Assembly (NCBI GenBank): GCA_965205025.1
Contig: CBDBFU010000015.1
Location: 96,001-160,000, forward strand
Length of the DNA: 64,000 bases
Reading direction: 5' to 3'
From: Candidatus Poribacteria bacterium
GTDB taxonomy: Bacteria > Poribacteria > WGA-4E > WGA-3G
The translations under genes and the position numbers were made by a program. The number at the start of each line of letters is the position of its first letter. Within the stretch, counting starts at the first letter, position 1. This document shows positions 20,573 through 30,850 of this stretch, piece after piece. The notes beneath the pieces were generated by a model. That model saw only the letters and a list, made by a program, of their open reading frames with translations. It was not told the origin of the DNA and did no database searches.

Positions 20573-21610
20573 ATGATTAATACCGCAGTTATCGGTTATG
20601 GTTATGCTGGACGCGCTTTTCACTCCTATCTTGTAAGTTTAGCAGAGGGATTAAACTTATATGCTATTGCTACACGGAATGATGAAAGGCGCGCAGCCGC
20701 ACAAGAAGCATATCCAGGTGTAAAAAGTTATAAAACTATAGATGAAGTTATAGCAGATGATGCAATTAGTCTTGTCGTTTTGGCGACACCACATGATACC
20801 CATGCAGAATTAGCAATTAAAGCAATGGAGGCTGGAAAGCATCTGGTTACAGATAAAATCATGGCTATGAACACTGCAGAAGCAGATGCTATGATTGATG
20901 CAAGTAAACGAAATGATGTCCTCCTTAGTGTATTTCATAATCGACGATGGGATTGGGATTATCTCACAGTAAAAAAAGTGATCGCAGACGGTCTACTTGG
21001 TACACCCTATCTATTCCAAGTCGCAATCATGCGATATGGTGCACCTGGTGGATGGCGCGGTGTAAAAAGTCAAAGTGGAGGGATTCTATATGATTGGCCT
21101 GCACACTTCGTGGACCAAGCAATTCAATTCGGGGATTCACCTGTTGAATCTGTATTCTGTGATATTTATTACAGTAAAAAATGGGAGACTGATATAGGAA
21201 ACTATGGAAACCTATACATCAATTTCCAGAATGATATCAGGTACCAAATTGAGATTAGTAATCTCTCAAAAGCAGATAAGCCACGTTGGTATGTTGTCGG
21301 TGATGAAGGCGGATTAATTAAATATGGTTTAGATCCACAAGAAGGTCCAATGCGGGATGGAAATATAGATGCTGCTGCAGAAGATCCACAGAATTATGCT
21401 AAAGTCTGGACAGAAGCAGGTGGGGAAAACAGAGAACTCGTCATTGAAAGTGTAAAGGGATCATGGAAATCGTATTACCAGAACATTGCGGATGTCTTGA
21501 ACAATGACGCTGAACTAGTTGTCAGACCTGAAGAAATACGCAAAGTTATGCAGGTCTATGATGCAGCAATGGAATCCGCGGAAACTGGTCAAACAGTTAG
21601 AATAAATTAA
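20573..21610 (+). CDS. Gfo/Idh/MocA family oxidoreductase
   Basis: Rossmann IGYGYAG, ATPHDTH, GKHLVTDK, FHNRRWD, GGILYD. Confidence 0.9.
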   Translation: MINTAVIGYGYAGRAFHSYLVSLAEGLNLYAIATRNDERRAAAQEAYPGVKSYKTIDEVIADDAISLVVLATPHDTHAELAIKAMEAGKHLVTDKIMAMNTAEADAMIDASKRNDVLLSVFHNRRWDWDYLTVKKVIADGLLGTPYLFQVAIMRYGAPGGWRGVKSQSGGILYDWPAHFVDQAIQFGDSPVESVFCDIYYSKKWETDIGNYGNLYINFQNDIRYQIEISNLSKADKPRWYVVGDEGGLIKYGLDPQEGPMRDGNIDAAAEDPQNYAKVWTEAGGENRELVIESVKGSWKSYYQNIADVLNNDAELVVRPEEIRKVMQVYDAAMESAETGQTVRIN

Positions 21611-21774
21611 CTTACTATGCACTCTTGAAAAACCAGCTGATATAATGTTCAGAATGTGGACATAGTGTCCAGTTTCTGTCATTAATTATACCTTATAGAA
21701 TGTGCTATAGTCTCCTTTAATGGCATAATAATTGCTCATTATTAGCATAATAACTCTGTCTACAGGAGTATAAA

Positions 21775-22890
21775 ATGAAAAAGAAGAACTTGATTGCTTT
21801 TATAATAATTCCTTTCCTGGTATGTGTCTCCACATATCTCTATGCACATCCACATACAGAAGAGGGTACCGCAAAATATGATGAATTAAATAAACGCGTA
21901 ATTGCCAGTATTGATAAAGGATTAGATTGGTTGGAAGGTCAACAAGGCGAGGATGGATTATTTGCTGATCATCCAGGAATAACAGCACTTGCAATCACCG
22001 CATTTCTACGACACCCACAGAAGAAATATTCTGAAGAAGAACACCCTTTTATTTCCAAAGCCATACAACGCTTAATTTCAATGCAGCAAGAGAATGGGGC
22101 AATATATGATGTAACTAAACAACCCGCATTACCCAATTATAATACATCAATTTCAATTATGGCAATTTCTTCAACGGGAAATAAAAAGTATGAGAGTGTA
22201 ATCAAAAAAGCACAAGAGTTCGTAAAGAGTTTACAAATTCAAGACGAGGAAAGTGTCTATTACGGTGGAATTGGTTACGGAAGTCGCGAATCCGTTCATG
22301 ATCTCTCTAATCTTAATCTTGCAATCCAAGCATTAAAAGAAAGTGGTGATGATGATCAGGAAGTTTGGAACAAAGCAGTCAAGTTTCTTGAACGGACACA
22401 GAATCGCAGTGAGAGTAATGATCAAAAATGGGCAGGAAATGATGGTGGCTTTATCTATTCACCTGACGGAGAAAGTAAAGCTGGAATTGATAAAGCAGGG
22501 AGTCCACGCTCCTATGCCAGCATGACCTATGCAGGACTCCTAAGTTTCATATATGCCAATGTTGATAAGAATGATGATCGTGTGAAATCTGCAGTACAAT
22601 GGATCGCAAAACACTTCACTGTTGAAGAGAATTACGGGATGGGCGCACAAGGTCTGTATTATAATTATCACACCATGGCTAAAGCTTTACGACTTTATGG
22701 CAAACCTACCATTATAGATACTAAAGGAGTCGAACACGATTGGTATGAAGAACTTGCGGAAAAATTAATTGAAGTCCAAAAACTCGATGGTTCATGGGTA
22801 AACGAAGAGAGTCGATGGATGGAGGCATTACCTGTGTTAGCTACAAGTTACGCAATTCTATCTCTTGATACAGCATACCCTTCACATTAG
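21775..22890 (+). CDS. Secreted prenyltransferase/squalene-cyclase-like repeat protein
   Basis: Signal peptide; QW-like repeats (QQGEDG, QQENGA, QKLDGSW), GGIGYG, DLSN, SYASMTYAGL. Confidence 0.75.
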   Translation: MKKKNLIAFIIIPFLVCVSTYLYAHPHTEEGTAKYDELNKRVIASIDKGLDWLEGQQGEDGLFADHPGITALAITAFLRHPQKKYSEEEHPFISKAIQRLISMQQENGAIYDVTKQPALPNYNTSISIMAISSTGNKKYESVIKKAQEFVKSLQIQDEESVYYGGIGYGSRESVHDLSNLNLAIQALKESGDDDQEVWNKAVKFLERTQNRSESNDQKWAGNDGGFIYSPDGESKAGIDKAGSPRSYASMTYAGLLSFIYANVDKNDDRVKSAVQWIAKHFTVEENYGMGAQGLYYNYHTMAKALRLYGKPTIIDTKGVEHDWYEELAEKLIEVQKLDGSWVNEESRWMEALPVLATSYAILSLDTAYPSH

Positions 22891-22910
22891 TTGATACAAT
22901 CCTTCCTATT

Positions 22911-22936
22911 AAGGCGGATACCAATCCGCCTTTTTT
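22911..22936 (+). terminator. Rho-independent terminator
   Basis: aaggcggat-acca-atccgcc-tttttt. Confidence 0.8.
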
Positions 22937-22940
22937 ATTT

Positions 22941-23086
22941 TAACGTCAGTTTGATAATGAAAAATGTCAGTTCGATAAACAGAATTTTGTCCTGAAGATA
23001 GTCTTTGTAGCACAAACTTTCCAGTTTGTGCACTCTGGTGTTAACTAAAAGTTCGGGTTAAAATGTGTCTTATCAAACTCACGTTA
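22941..23086. repeat. MITE-like element with 17-bp terminal inverted repeats carrying a GTAG-REP-like palindrome
   Basis: taacgtcagtttgataa / ttatcaaactcacgtta (1 mismatch); gtagcacaaactttccagtttgtgc at 23007-23031. Confidence 0.7.
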
Positions 23087-23387
23087 TTTTACATTTCTAT
23101 TCATTTTCAAATCATCTAAACCTATCCTTAACTATCACTTTTAAATTGCATTTTGTGTTTATGTAAAAGTTAAGATTATATAAATTTGACTTCATACACT
23201 CTCTTCAAAAAGTATAGAAATTATGTATAAACAATTTCACAATTAAACGTCTAATTATGTTAAAAAGAGCGATTACATTGGTACAATATTAATAGTAGAT
23301 TTTAAAATTAAACAATATTTAATGTAATATATAGAATCAGTCATAAAATGATTTACTCGTACTCCTTTATTCTGCTTGGAGATAACA

Positions 23388-24689
23388 ATGCGAATTCTTG
23401 AATGTCTATCAGTAGGAATCGTAGCAATAAAATCTAATAAGATGCGATCACTGTTAACGATGCTTGGAATCATAATCGGTGTTGCGTCGGTATTAGCAAT
23501 GATTTCAATTGGAGATGGGGCAAAAGAAATTGTATTACGTGACGCTCAAAAACTCGGTGGAGCGAACCAATTTACAATATACAGAACTTGGTATAAACAA
23601 GTAGGTACACGTTGGGTCAGAGTCCGAAGCAGTGAGTATATGCAATATGAAGATGTCTTAGCAATTGAAGCAGAATGTCCATCAGTTAGTATTGTTACAC
23701 CCAGGATTCCAGAATGGAAAGGTGCATTAATTGAAGCTGCAAAAGGCTCACAAACTCGAGCAGGCTATAATGGTGTGGATGCTTCATATAAAACTGCTAT
23801 GGAATGGGATATCCAAGAAGGTAGGTTCATATCGGATGAAGACGTTGAGAATTCAGCAAGTATATGTGTTCTTGGAGATGAGGTGGCAAAATCATTATTT
23901 GGAGATAAATCACCTATCGGAGAAGAAATAAAAATAGCAAGAGGTGAAGGAAGGTATGATCGATGGGGTAGACGTGATAGTAAACGTTCTACGGAACGGT
24001 TTACAGTAGTTGGAACACTCGTACCAAGAGGGAGAAGTCTACGATTTGGCTGGAGTTTTGACAATCTTGTTTTTCTACCAATATCTACTATACAAGAACG
24101 CTTTACCGGAAATGACAGAATTCAAGATATTGTAGTGTATGCCAAATCTCCAGAGTTAGTCTCTAAGGCAATAGAGGAAGTGAAGACGGTCATACGGAAA
24201 AGACACAGAAACCAAGATGATTTTGTCAGGATTTGGGATATGCGTGAAGGTATGGCACAGTTAGAGAAGATTAGTAAAGTTATTAAGATTGCATTAGGTA
24301 GTATTGCAGGATTCTCTTTGCTTGTTGGTGGAATCGGAATTATGAACATGATGTTAGTTGCAGTCACTGAAAGAACTCGTGAAATTGGACTACGTAAAGC
24401 ACTGGGGGCAACACGTTTTGATATTATGATTCAATTCCTTGTGGAAGCAGTAATCATGTGTGGATTAGGAGGATTGATCGGAATTGGTATAGGGATTTTC
24501 GCGGGGCAAGGTATGGCTCTTCTCGCAGTGAAGATAGCAAAAATCGTTCCAGACTGGCCGTCTGTCGTTTCTTCTCAATGGGTCATAATTTCCATTTCAT
24601 TCTCTGCATTAATTGGTATAACCTTTGGTTTATATCCTGCTATCAAAGCATCTTCTCTATCTCCTATCGAAGCTTTAAGAACCGACTAA
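23388..24689 (+). CDS. MacB/FtsX-family ABC transporter permease
   Basis: RSLLTMLGIIIGVASV, GGIGIMNMMLVAVTERTREIGLRKALGA, GLYPA..A..LSPIEALR. Confidence 0.92.
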   Translation: MRILECLSVGIVAIKSNKMRSLLTMLGIIIGVASVLAMISIGDGAKEIVLRDAQKLGGANQFTIYRTWYKQVGTRWVRVRSSEYMQYEDVLAIEAECPSVSIVTPRIPEWKGALIEAAKGSQTRAGYNGVDASYKTAMEWDIQEGRFISDEDVENSASICVLGDEVAKSLFGDKSPIGEEIKIARGEGRYDRWGRRDSKRSTERFTVVGTLVPRGRSLRFGWSFDNLVFLPISTIQERFTGNDRIQDIVVYAKSPELVSKAIEEVKTVIRKRHRNQDDFVRIWDMREGMAQLEKISKVIKIALGSIAGFSLLVGGIGIMNMMLVAVTERTREIGLRKALGATRFDIMIQFLVEAVIMCGLGGLIGIGIGIFAGQGMALLAVKIAKIVPDWPSVVSSQWVIISISFSALIGITFGLYPAIKASSLSPIEALRTD

Positions 24690-24913
24690 TATACTCTCAA
24701 TATGAATTATGAATTATCCGGTTAGGATTCGAGTTTCCACGATAATTACTATAAACCGGTTAATGATTAAAGCGTCAAAATATAAATAATTACAATGTCT
24801 AAATAATTCAATATCTTCAATTCTATCAACAAAATTTTAGATGATTTCCTGAACTTTCCAACTTCTTGTCTGTCTAACAAGCCAACCACTACTATATTTT
24901 CTGAGGATATACA

Positions 24914-26215
24914 ATGCGAATACTTGAAGGTTTACTTGTTGGAATATCTGCTATACGCGGCAACAAACTTCGTTCTTTATTGACGATGTTGGGCATTATT
25001 ATAGGAGTTGCATCTGTATTAGCAATGATCTCAATTGGAGATGGTGCCAAAGAGATTGTCTTGCAAGATGCACAGAAACTCGGTGGAGTAAATCAATTTA
25101 CTATGTACCGTAGTAGTTACAAACGTGTAGGCAGACGATGGATGCCAAATCGAAGCAATGAATACTTTGACTATGACGATGTACTGGCTATTGAGGCAGA
25201 ATGTCCCTCTGTGAAAGTTGTTGTTCCTCGTATCCCAGAGTGGGGTGGTGTACACATACAGACACAAGATGGTTCTGAAACACGTAGTGGCTACAATGGA
25301 GTAAATGCCTCGTTCTCTGAAGCCATGGATTGGAAAATTGAGGAAGGTCGTTTTATTTCACTGGAGGATATGGAAAATAAAGCAAAAGTTTGTGTTCTTG
25401 GTACAGAGGTAGCCGCAAATCTGTTTGGTACCAAATCACCAATTGACAAAGAAATAAAAATTGGTAGAGGAGGCGACCGTTTTGATCGATGGGGTAGAAA
25501 GGATCAAGCACGTATTGCTGAGAGGTTTACCGTTGTAGGAACTATGGAACACCGGGGTAGAAGTTTACGTTTCGGATGGAATTTAGATGATATGGTCTTT
25601 CTTCCAATTACGACAACACAGGAGCGTTTTACAGGAAATGATAGGATTGTTATGTTATCTGTTCACGCAAATACTGTTGATCAGGTGCCAGATGCCATTG
25701 AAGAAGTGAAAGCAGTCTTGCGTAAACGACATAAGAATCAAGACGACTTTTTCAGCCTTAGAGATATGCGAGAAGGTATGGCACAGTTAGATAAAATTAG
25801 TAAAGTTATTAAAATTGCGTTGGGTAGTATTGCCGGTTTCTCACTCCTTGTAGGTGGTATAGGCATTATGAATATGATGTTGGTGGCTGTATCAGAACGC
25901 ACTCGTGAAATTGGACTTCGAAAATCACTCGGTGCAAAACGGTACGATATTTTAATACAATTCCTCATTGAATCAATTGTAATGTGTACTATCGGTGGTG
26001 CTATAGGAGTTGGATTAGGTATTGTGTCTGGAAATGCAATGGCACTTTTAGCAGTGAAAATCGTCAGGATTGTTCCTGATTGGCCAGCAGTCGTCTCAAC
26101 ACAATGGGTTATTATTTCTGTATCTTTCTCTGCTTTAATTGGAATTTCTTTTGGTCTGTATCCAGCATTGAAAGCTTCCAATCTTTCTCCAATTGAAGCA
26201 TTACGAACAGAATAA
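24914..26215 (+). CDS. MacB/FtsX-family ABC transporter permease
   Basis: Same motifs; close paralogue of 23388-24689. Confidence 0.92.
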   Translation: MRILEGLLVGISAIRGNKLRSLLTMLGIIIGVASVLAMISIGDGAKEIVLQDAQKLGGVNQFTMYRSSYKRVGRRWMPNRSNEYFDYDDVLAIEAECPSVKVVVPRIPEWGGVHIQTQDGSETRSGYNGVNASFSEAMDWKIEEGRFISLEDMENKAKVCVLGTEVAANLFGTKSPIDKEIKIGRGGDRFDRWGRKDQARIAERFTVVGTMEHRGRSLRFGWNLDDMVFLPITTTQERFTGNDRIVMLSVHANTVDQVPDAIEEVKAVLRKRHKNQDDFFSLRDMREGMAQLDKISKVIKIALGSIAGFSLLVGGIGIMNMMLVAVSERTREIGLRKSLGAKRYDILIQFLIESIVMCTIGGAIGVGLGIVSGNAMALLAVKIVRIVPDWPAVVSTQWVIISVSFSALIGISFGLYPALKASNLSPIEALRTE

Positions 26216-26225
26216 GAGGTAATCG

Positions 26226-27542
26226 ATGAATCTATTTGAATGTATACTATTAGGTATTACAAGTCTTCGACGCAATCCTTTACGGTCCAGTCTTACTATA
26301 TTAGGTATCATCGTGGGTGTTGGTTCTGTTGTAAGTATGGTCTCTGTTGGTGATGGTTCTCGTGAAATGGTATTACGCGAGATAGAACGAACAGGTGGAA
26401 CCAAGATTGTGGAAATAGTTCGTGATGAATGGGATAAACAATCTGGTACTCTAAGTAGGGCTGCAGGTGAGGCAGTTAGAGGTAGAGGAAGATGGCGGAG
26501 AAACCGGGCAGAACATTTAGAAACTGATGATGCCTATGCCATACTTAGGGGTGCAAGGGGTGTAGTAAATGTTATTGCAGAGGATGATATGGGTGGTTGG
26601 AGTGTCAATTATAAAGGTAGAACTAAAGAATCCAGGATTGTTGCCTCAACTGCTGGCTACGATAGATCCCATAACTGGTATCCTTCCACGGGAAGATTCT
26701 TCAAGGAAAATGAGGTAGAATCGGCAAGCAGCGTTGCTGTGATTGGATCAAAAATTGCAGAAGAGGTATTTCTCAATGAGGATCCGGTTGGAAAAGAAAT
26801 AAAAGCATCCCGTCCTTCATATTGGCGTGGTTTCAGTGGATTATATGAAGTCCGTTTGAAGGTTATTGGAGTTATGGAAGAAAAAGGTGATGCAATGGAT
26901 ACTACTGGATGGGATGATAGATTCATAATTCCTATTTCAACATTGCAAGAAAGATTTAAGGGACGCCAGGATGTTGAACGTATACGTGTTGAAGCAGTGG
27001 ATGTTGATAACATACCACAAGTCGTTTCAGACGCAAAAAACATATTAGGTAGAATTCATAATAATACTGGTGAAGAATATAGTTATTGGACTGCTACTGA
27101 GGAATTGGCAACAGCAAATAAAGTCGGTTTTGTGATGAAGGCGTTGATGGGTGGTATTGCCGGTATTGCTCTAATAGTTGCGGGTATTGGTGTGATGAAT
27201 ATTATGCTGGTATCTGTTACCGATCGCACTCGAGAAATTGGATTACGTAAAGCGTTGGGGGCTACCTTTAACGACATTATCACACAATTTCTAATTGAGG
27301 CATCTGTTCTTACTATCACTGGTGGGATATTGGGGTCAATATTAGGTGTTTTTATGGGTAAAGGAACTGCTGCCCTTATCTCAAAATTTGTTTGGGAAGG
27401 CAGTGATTGGCCCTCTGTCATTTCATTTTTCACTATGTTTATCGCATTAGTAATTTCAGTTGCCATAGGTGTATTCTTCGGATTATACCCTGCACATAAA
27501 GCTGCTAAACTAACACCTGTAGAAGCACTAAGGTCTGATTAA
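26226..27542 (+). CDS. MacB/FtsX-family ABC transporter permease
   Basis: RSSLTILGIIVGV, GIGVMNIMLVSVTDRTREIGLRKALGA, LTPVEALR. Confidence 0.92.
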   Translation: MNLFECILLGITSLRRNPLRSSLTILGIIVGVGSVVSMVSVGDGSREMVLREIERTGGTKIVEIVRDEWDKQSGTLSRAAGEAVRGRGRWRRNRAEHLETDDAYAILRGARGVVNVIAEDDMGGWSVNYKGRTKESRIVASTAGYDRSHNWYPSTGRFFKENEVESASSVAVIGSKIAEEVFLNEDPVGKEIKASRPSYWRGFSGLYEVRLKVIGVMEEKGDAMDTTGWDDRFIIPISTLQERFKGRQDVERIRVEAVDVDNIPQVVSDAKNILGRIHNNTGEEYSYWTATEELATANKVGFVMKALMGGIAGIALIVAGIGVMNIMLVSVTDRTREIGLRKALGATFNDIITQFLIEASVLTITGGILGSILGVFMGKGTAALISKFVWEGSDWPSVISFFTMFIALVISVAIGVFFGLYPAHKAAKLTPVEALRSD

Positions 27543-27637
27543 CACCCATCCAGCATTGAATCATAATAAAGATGGATTTATATTTATCTGATGAGTTGAA
27601 TTGTTGCTACATTGAATATTCTATGGAGGAATAGGTT

Positions 27638-29524
27638 TTGAAGAAATTAATTATTACGGCCGCTGCCATTGTTATACTTATAGGTGCAGCTGGTTTTTTT
27701 GTCTTGAGTAGAGGCAAGAATGGAACTGATTCTACACTTGCACCTAAAATTGAAATCGTTAAACGCGGGGATTTCCGTAAAACTATTCGGGCGACTGGGA
27801 ATTTAGAACCTCTAAATGATGTTGAGGTTAAATCCAACGTTGAAGGGGAGGTGGTTGAATTAATGGTTGATGATGGTGACCCCGTTCAAATAGGGGATGT
27901 ATTAGTTAGGCTTGACCCCAAGATCTACCAAGAAGAACAGAAACAAGCAAAGGCAGATGTTGATGCTGCACAGGCTCAGTTAATGCAGGCTCGATTAAAC
28001 ATCGATCTTAAAAAAGAGAGATTGGATAGTCAGTTAACACAATCAAGAGCTTCAGTAAAAATTGCACAAGCTAATCTTGAAACGACACAAGCCACAACCC
28101 TTACCCAAATTAGTTCTGCTAAAACAGATATTCAAACGACGACGAATCAATTAGACCAAGATAACATTGCCTTGGAACAGGCAAGGATATCACTGGCACA
28201 AGCAGAATTGACTCTTGCTGAATACAAGACTTCACTGGATTCTTCTAAGGTCTCTTTAGATTCTTCAAAGTCTGAATTAGATCGAAACCAAGAATTGTAT
28301 GCAAAGGATTTAGTATCTAAGAAAACCTTAGAAGATACACAAACACAATATGCAAATGCAAAATCACAGCATGAAAATGCTCAAAAACGGGTTGAATCAC
28401 AACAGAAAACTATTGATTCCCAAGAACGTACAATTCTGGCACGAAAAACCGCTATAAAAACACGGGAAGCAACTCTACAAAATCAGGAGATTAACCTTGA
28501 TAATCTAAAGAAAATGCGTTTAAAAGCAGAAGAAGAAGTTAAAATACGCTTAGAAAACGCGCAAACACAAGTTCAAGAACTTGAAGCAACTATAGAAAAT
28601 GAAAAATTGTTGACGGAACAATCAAAAGTGAGTGCTGATGCTAATCTACTACGTAGACAGAGTAGTTTGAAAAATCAAGAAGAACGACTGGAGTGGACTA
28701 CAATTACTGCTCCTATGTCCGGTACTGTAACACAACTTGCTATTGAAGAAGGTGAAATTGTAACATCTGGGAGATCTGCTTTCTCACAAAGTCCTCCAAT
28801 AATGACAATTGCAGATCTAACACAAATGGTTGTTAAGACTTTCATTAACGAAGTTGATATGGAACGTCTAAATGAAGGACAAGATGCTGAAATCAAGATT
28901 GATGCATTTCAGACCAAGAAATACAATGGCAAAGTCTATGAGATTTCACCAAGTGGACAGCAGCAAGATAACATCATATCTTTTGAAGTAATGATTGAGG
29001 TAGAAGACAATGAAGGAGATATTCGCCCCGGAATGAGTGCCGATGTAGATATTATCACTTACGAAGAAAAGAATGTATTAATGATACCCATAGATGCAGT
29101 TGTTTCAAAAACGACTGCAATAGCCTCAGTCCAAGTTGGAAATAACTCTCCATTTAAAGTTGGCAAACCCATTGCAATGCAAACTATCAGTGAGAAAACA
29201 TTCAATGGAACTGTTGAAAGTTCAGCAAATGGGAATGTCACTATTAATTTAGATAGTTCACAACGCGGTATCACTCCCGGTCCCGCAACTGTTTCACTCC
29301 TAATTAACGGTAACAAAAAAGCCGATGGGGTTGAAGCACAAGTAACTGTCACCCGTGGCAAATACGTAATGATTGATAACGGTAGTCCTAAAGGTATTCA
29401 AACTACTATTGAAACTGGTGAACAAAATGAAACTGATGTCATCGTCAAAAGCGGACTCACCGAAGGAGATCGGATCATCTTACAAGGTCTACAAAGACCA
29501 CAGCAAGGTGGTTGGGGGAAATAA
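27638..29524 (+). CDS. Efflux membrane-fusion (MacA/HlyD-type) adaptor with very long coiled coil
   Basis: N-terminal anchor; lipoyl halves VEVKSNVEGEV and ITAPMSGTV; about 250 aa of heptad-rich helix; beta-barrel IRPGMSADV. Confidence 0.88.
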   Translation: MKKLIITAAAIVILIGAAGFFVLSRGKNGTDSTLAPKIEIVKRGDFRKTIRATGNLEPLNDVEVKSNVEGEVVELMVDDGDPVQIGDVLVRLDPKIYQEEQKQAKADVDAAQAQLMQARLNIDLKKERLDSQLTQSRASVKIAQANLETTQATTLTQISSAKTDIQTTTNQLDQDNIALEQARISLAQAELTLAEYKTSLDSSKVSLDSSKSELDRNQELYAKDLVSKKTLEDTQTQYANAKSQHENAQKRVESQQKTIDSQERTILARKTAIKTREATLQNQEINLDNLKKMRLKAEEEVKIRLENAQTQVQELEATIENEKLLTEQSKVSADANLLRRQSSLKNQEERLEWTTITAPMSGTVTQLAIEEGEIVTSGRSAFSQSPPIMTIADLTQMVVKTFINEVDMERLNEGQDAEIKIDAFQTKKYNGKVYEISPSGQQQDNIISFEVMIEVEDNEGDIRPGMSADVDIITYEEKNVLMIPIDAVVSKTTAIASVQVGNNSPFKVGKPIAMQTISEKTFNGTVESSANGNVTINLDSSQRGITPGPATVSLLINGNKKADGVEAQVTVTRGKYVMIDNGSPKGIQTTIETGEQNETDVIVKSGLTEGDRIILQGLQRPQQGGWGK

Positions 29525-29541
29525 AGTTTAACTTTTTATAG

Positions 29542-29658
29542 TAATACCATTTCTAATTGAAAATGTCTTTTTTTTGTACCACAAACTTTCAGTTAGTGAC
29601 CTGAAAATGACTGCCATAATAACCGCCTAATGAGACAATAATTTATGGAAATGGTATA
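29542..29658. repeat. ATACCATTTC-ended MITE-like element with degenerate REP
   Basis: taataccatttcta / gaaatggtata; internal gtaccacaaactttcagttagtg. Confidence 0.55.
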
Positions 29659-29665
29659 ATATATT

Positions 29666-29707
29666 CTCAGCACCGTCACCATAAGTGGTATCGGTGTTGA
29701 GTCTTTT
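29666..29707 (+). terminator. Probable terminator hairpin after the efflux cluster
   Basis: ctcagcaccg..cggtgttgag stem followed by tctttt. Confidence 0.5.
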
Positions 29708-29727
29708 AATTAATACAAACCAACAAC

Positions 29728-29959
29728 TAATACCATTCTGGTAATTAAAGTCTCATTAATAGTATCTCTTTAATATAGCACAAACTTCATGAGGATTAAG
29801 TAAATATTTCGGTAATCCAGTCCATAAAATTATCGTAGGGGCGGGGTTAACCCGCCCGTATATTACCGATTTAATAAATTAATCTTCATCCAGTTTGTGT
29901 AGTACTTCAAGATATAAATATCACCTAATCATGGGAAAATCATTTATAGAAATGGTATA
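29728..29959. repeat. Nested MITE/REP composite
   Basis: Outer ataccattc/gaaatggtat IR; REP gcacaaact..agtttgtg split by an inner IR element (atgaggattaa/ttaatcttcat) containing gtaggggcggggttaacccgccc. Confidence 0.65.
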
Positions 29960-29967
29960 ACAACAAT

Positions 29968-30762
29968 CTACAATTCAATTACTTGTCCATCATAAGCAAG
30001 GTTAGCATTATCTGGGAGATCAATATTCTGTTCCTTACACTGATCTTTAAAATACCGATGATCAAGTCGATGCATAATATGAGTAAAATAGGTCTCATTA
30101 GTTTGTAATGCTTCACTTATTTCCAATGCCTGTCCCACTGAGAGATGTGTTGGATGTCCTGGGTTAAAGCTTAAGGCATCAATTATTAACACCTCTATTC
30201 CATCAAGCAACTCCAGTGAAGATTGTGGTAATACTTTCACATCTGGAAGATATCCAAAGTTGTCTATCCTATACCCGTTTGTATCAACATTACCGTGTTC
30301 TACAGGGATTGGAATAATATCAAAATCAAACAATTCGAATCTTCCATTAACTACATTTGGAAGCAAATGACCTACACCCCCACCTTGGAAAGTTTCCTTT
30401 GTAAACATATAATCATAATTACGTTGTAAAATATCAAGTGTCTGCTCTGGACCATAGATTGGCATATCCATCTGTTGTTTTCGACATGGCATTACAATAT
30501 CGTTTGTACCACTTATATGGTCTGAATGACAATGAGTAAATAGAACTGCATCTATCCACTCAATCTTGTTCCGATTTATCTGATCCATGAAGTTTGGACC
30601 TAAATCAAATTGTAGATTCTTTCCATCCTTCTCAATATGAATTGAGGAACGGGTACGATAGTTTTTTGAACCGACCTGCATAGAATCTAAACAGGTATCA
30701 CACTCACATTTATATTCAGGTACACCAGTTGAAGTGCCTGAACCCAGAATAGTTATCTTCAT
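29968..30762 (-). CDS. MBL-fold metallo-hydrolase (PhnP/YcfH-associated type)
   Basis: MKITILGSGTSTGVP..C.C..C, THCHSDH metal motif, HPTH, THIMH, AYDG; start moved to 30762. Confidence 0.88.
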   Translation of the reverse strand: MKITILGSGTSTGVPEYKCECDTCLDSMQVGSKNYRTRSSIHIEKDGKNLQFDLGPNFMDQINRNKIEWIDAVLFTHCHSDHISGTNDIVMPCRKQQMDMPIYGPEQTLDILQRNYDYMFTKETFQGGGVGHLLPNVVNGRFELFDFDIIPIPVEHGNVDTNGYRIDNFGYLPDVKVLPQSSLELLDGIEVLIIDALSFNPGHPTHLSVGQALEISEALQTNETYFTHIMHRLDHRYFKDQCKEQNIDLPDNANLAYDGQVIEL

Positions 30763-30850
30763 TCCCTGATAATCCTTTCTCCAATCATCGGTTTCACTGA
30801 AGTTGAACATCGTACCTATGTTATCCCTGTTCCAACGACTCAATAAATAT

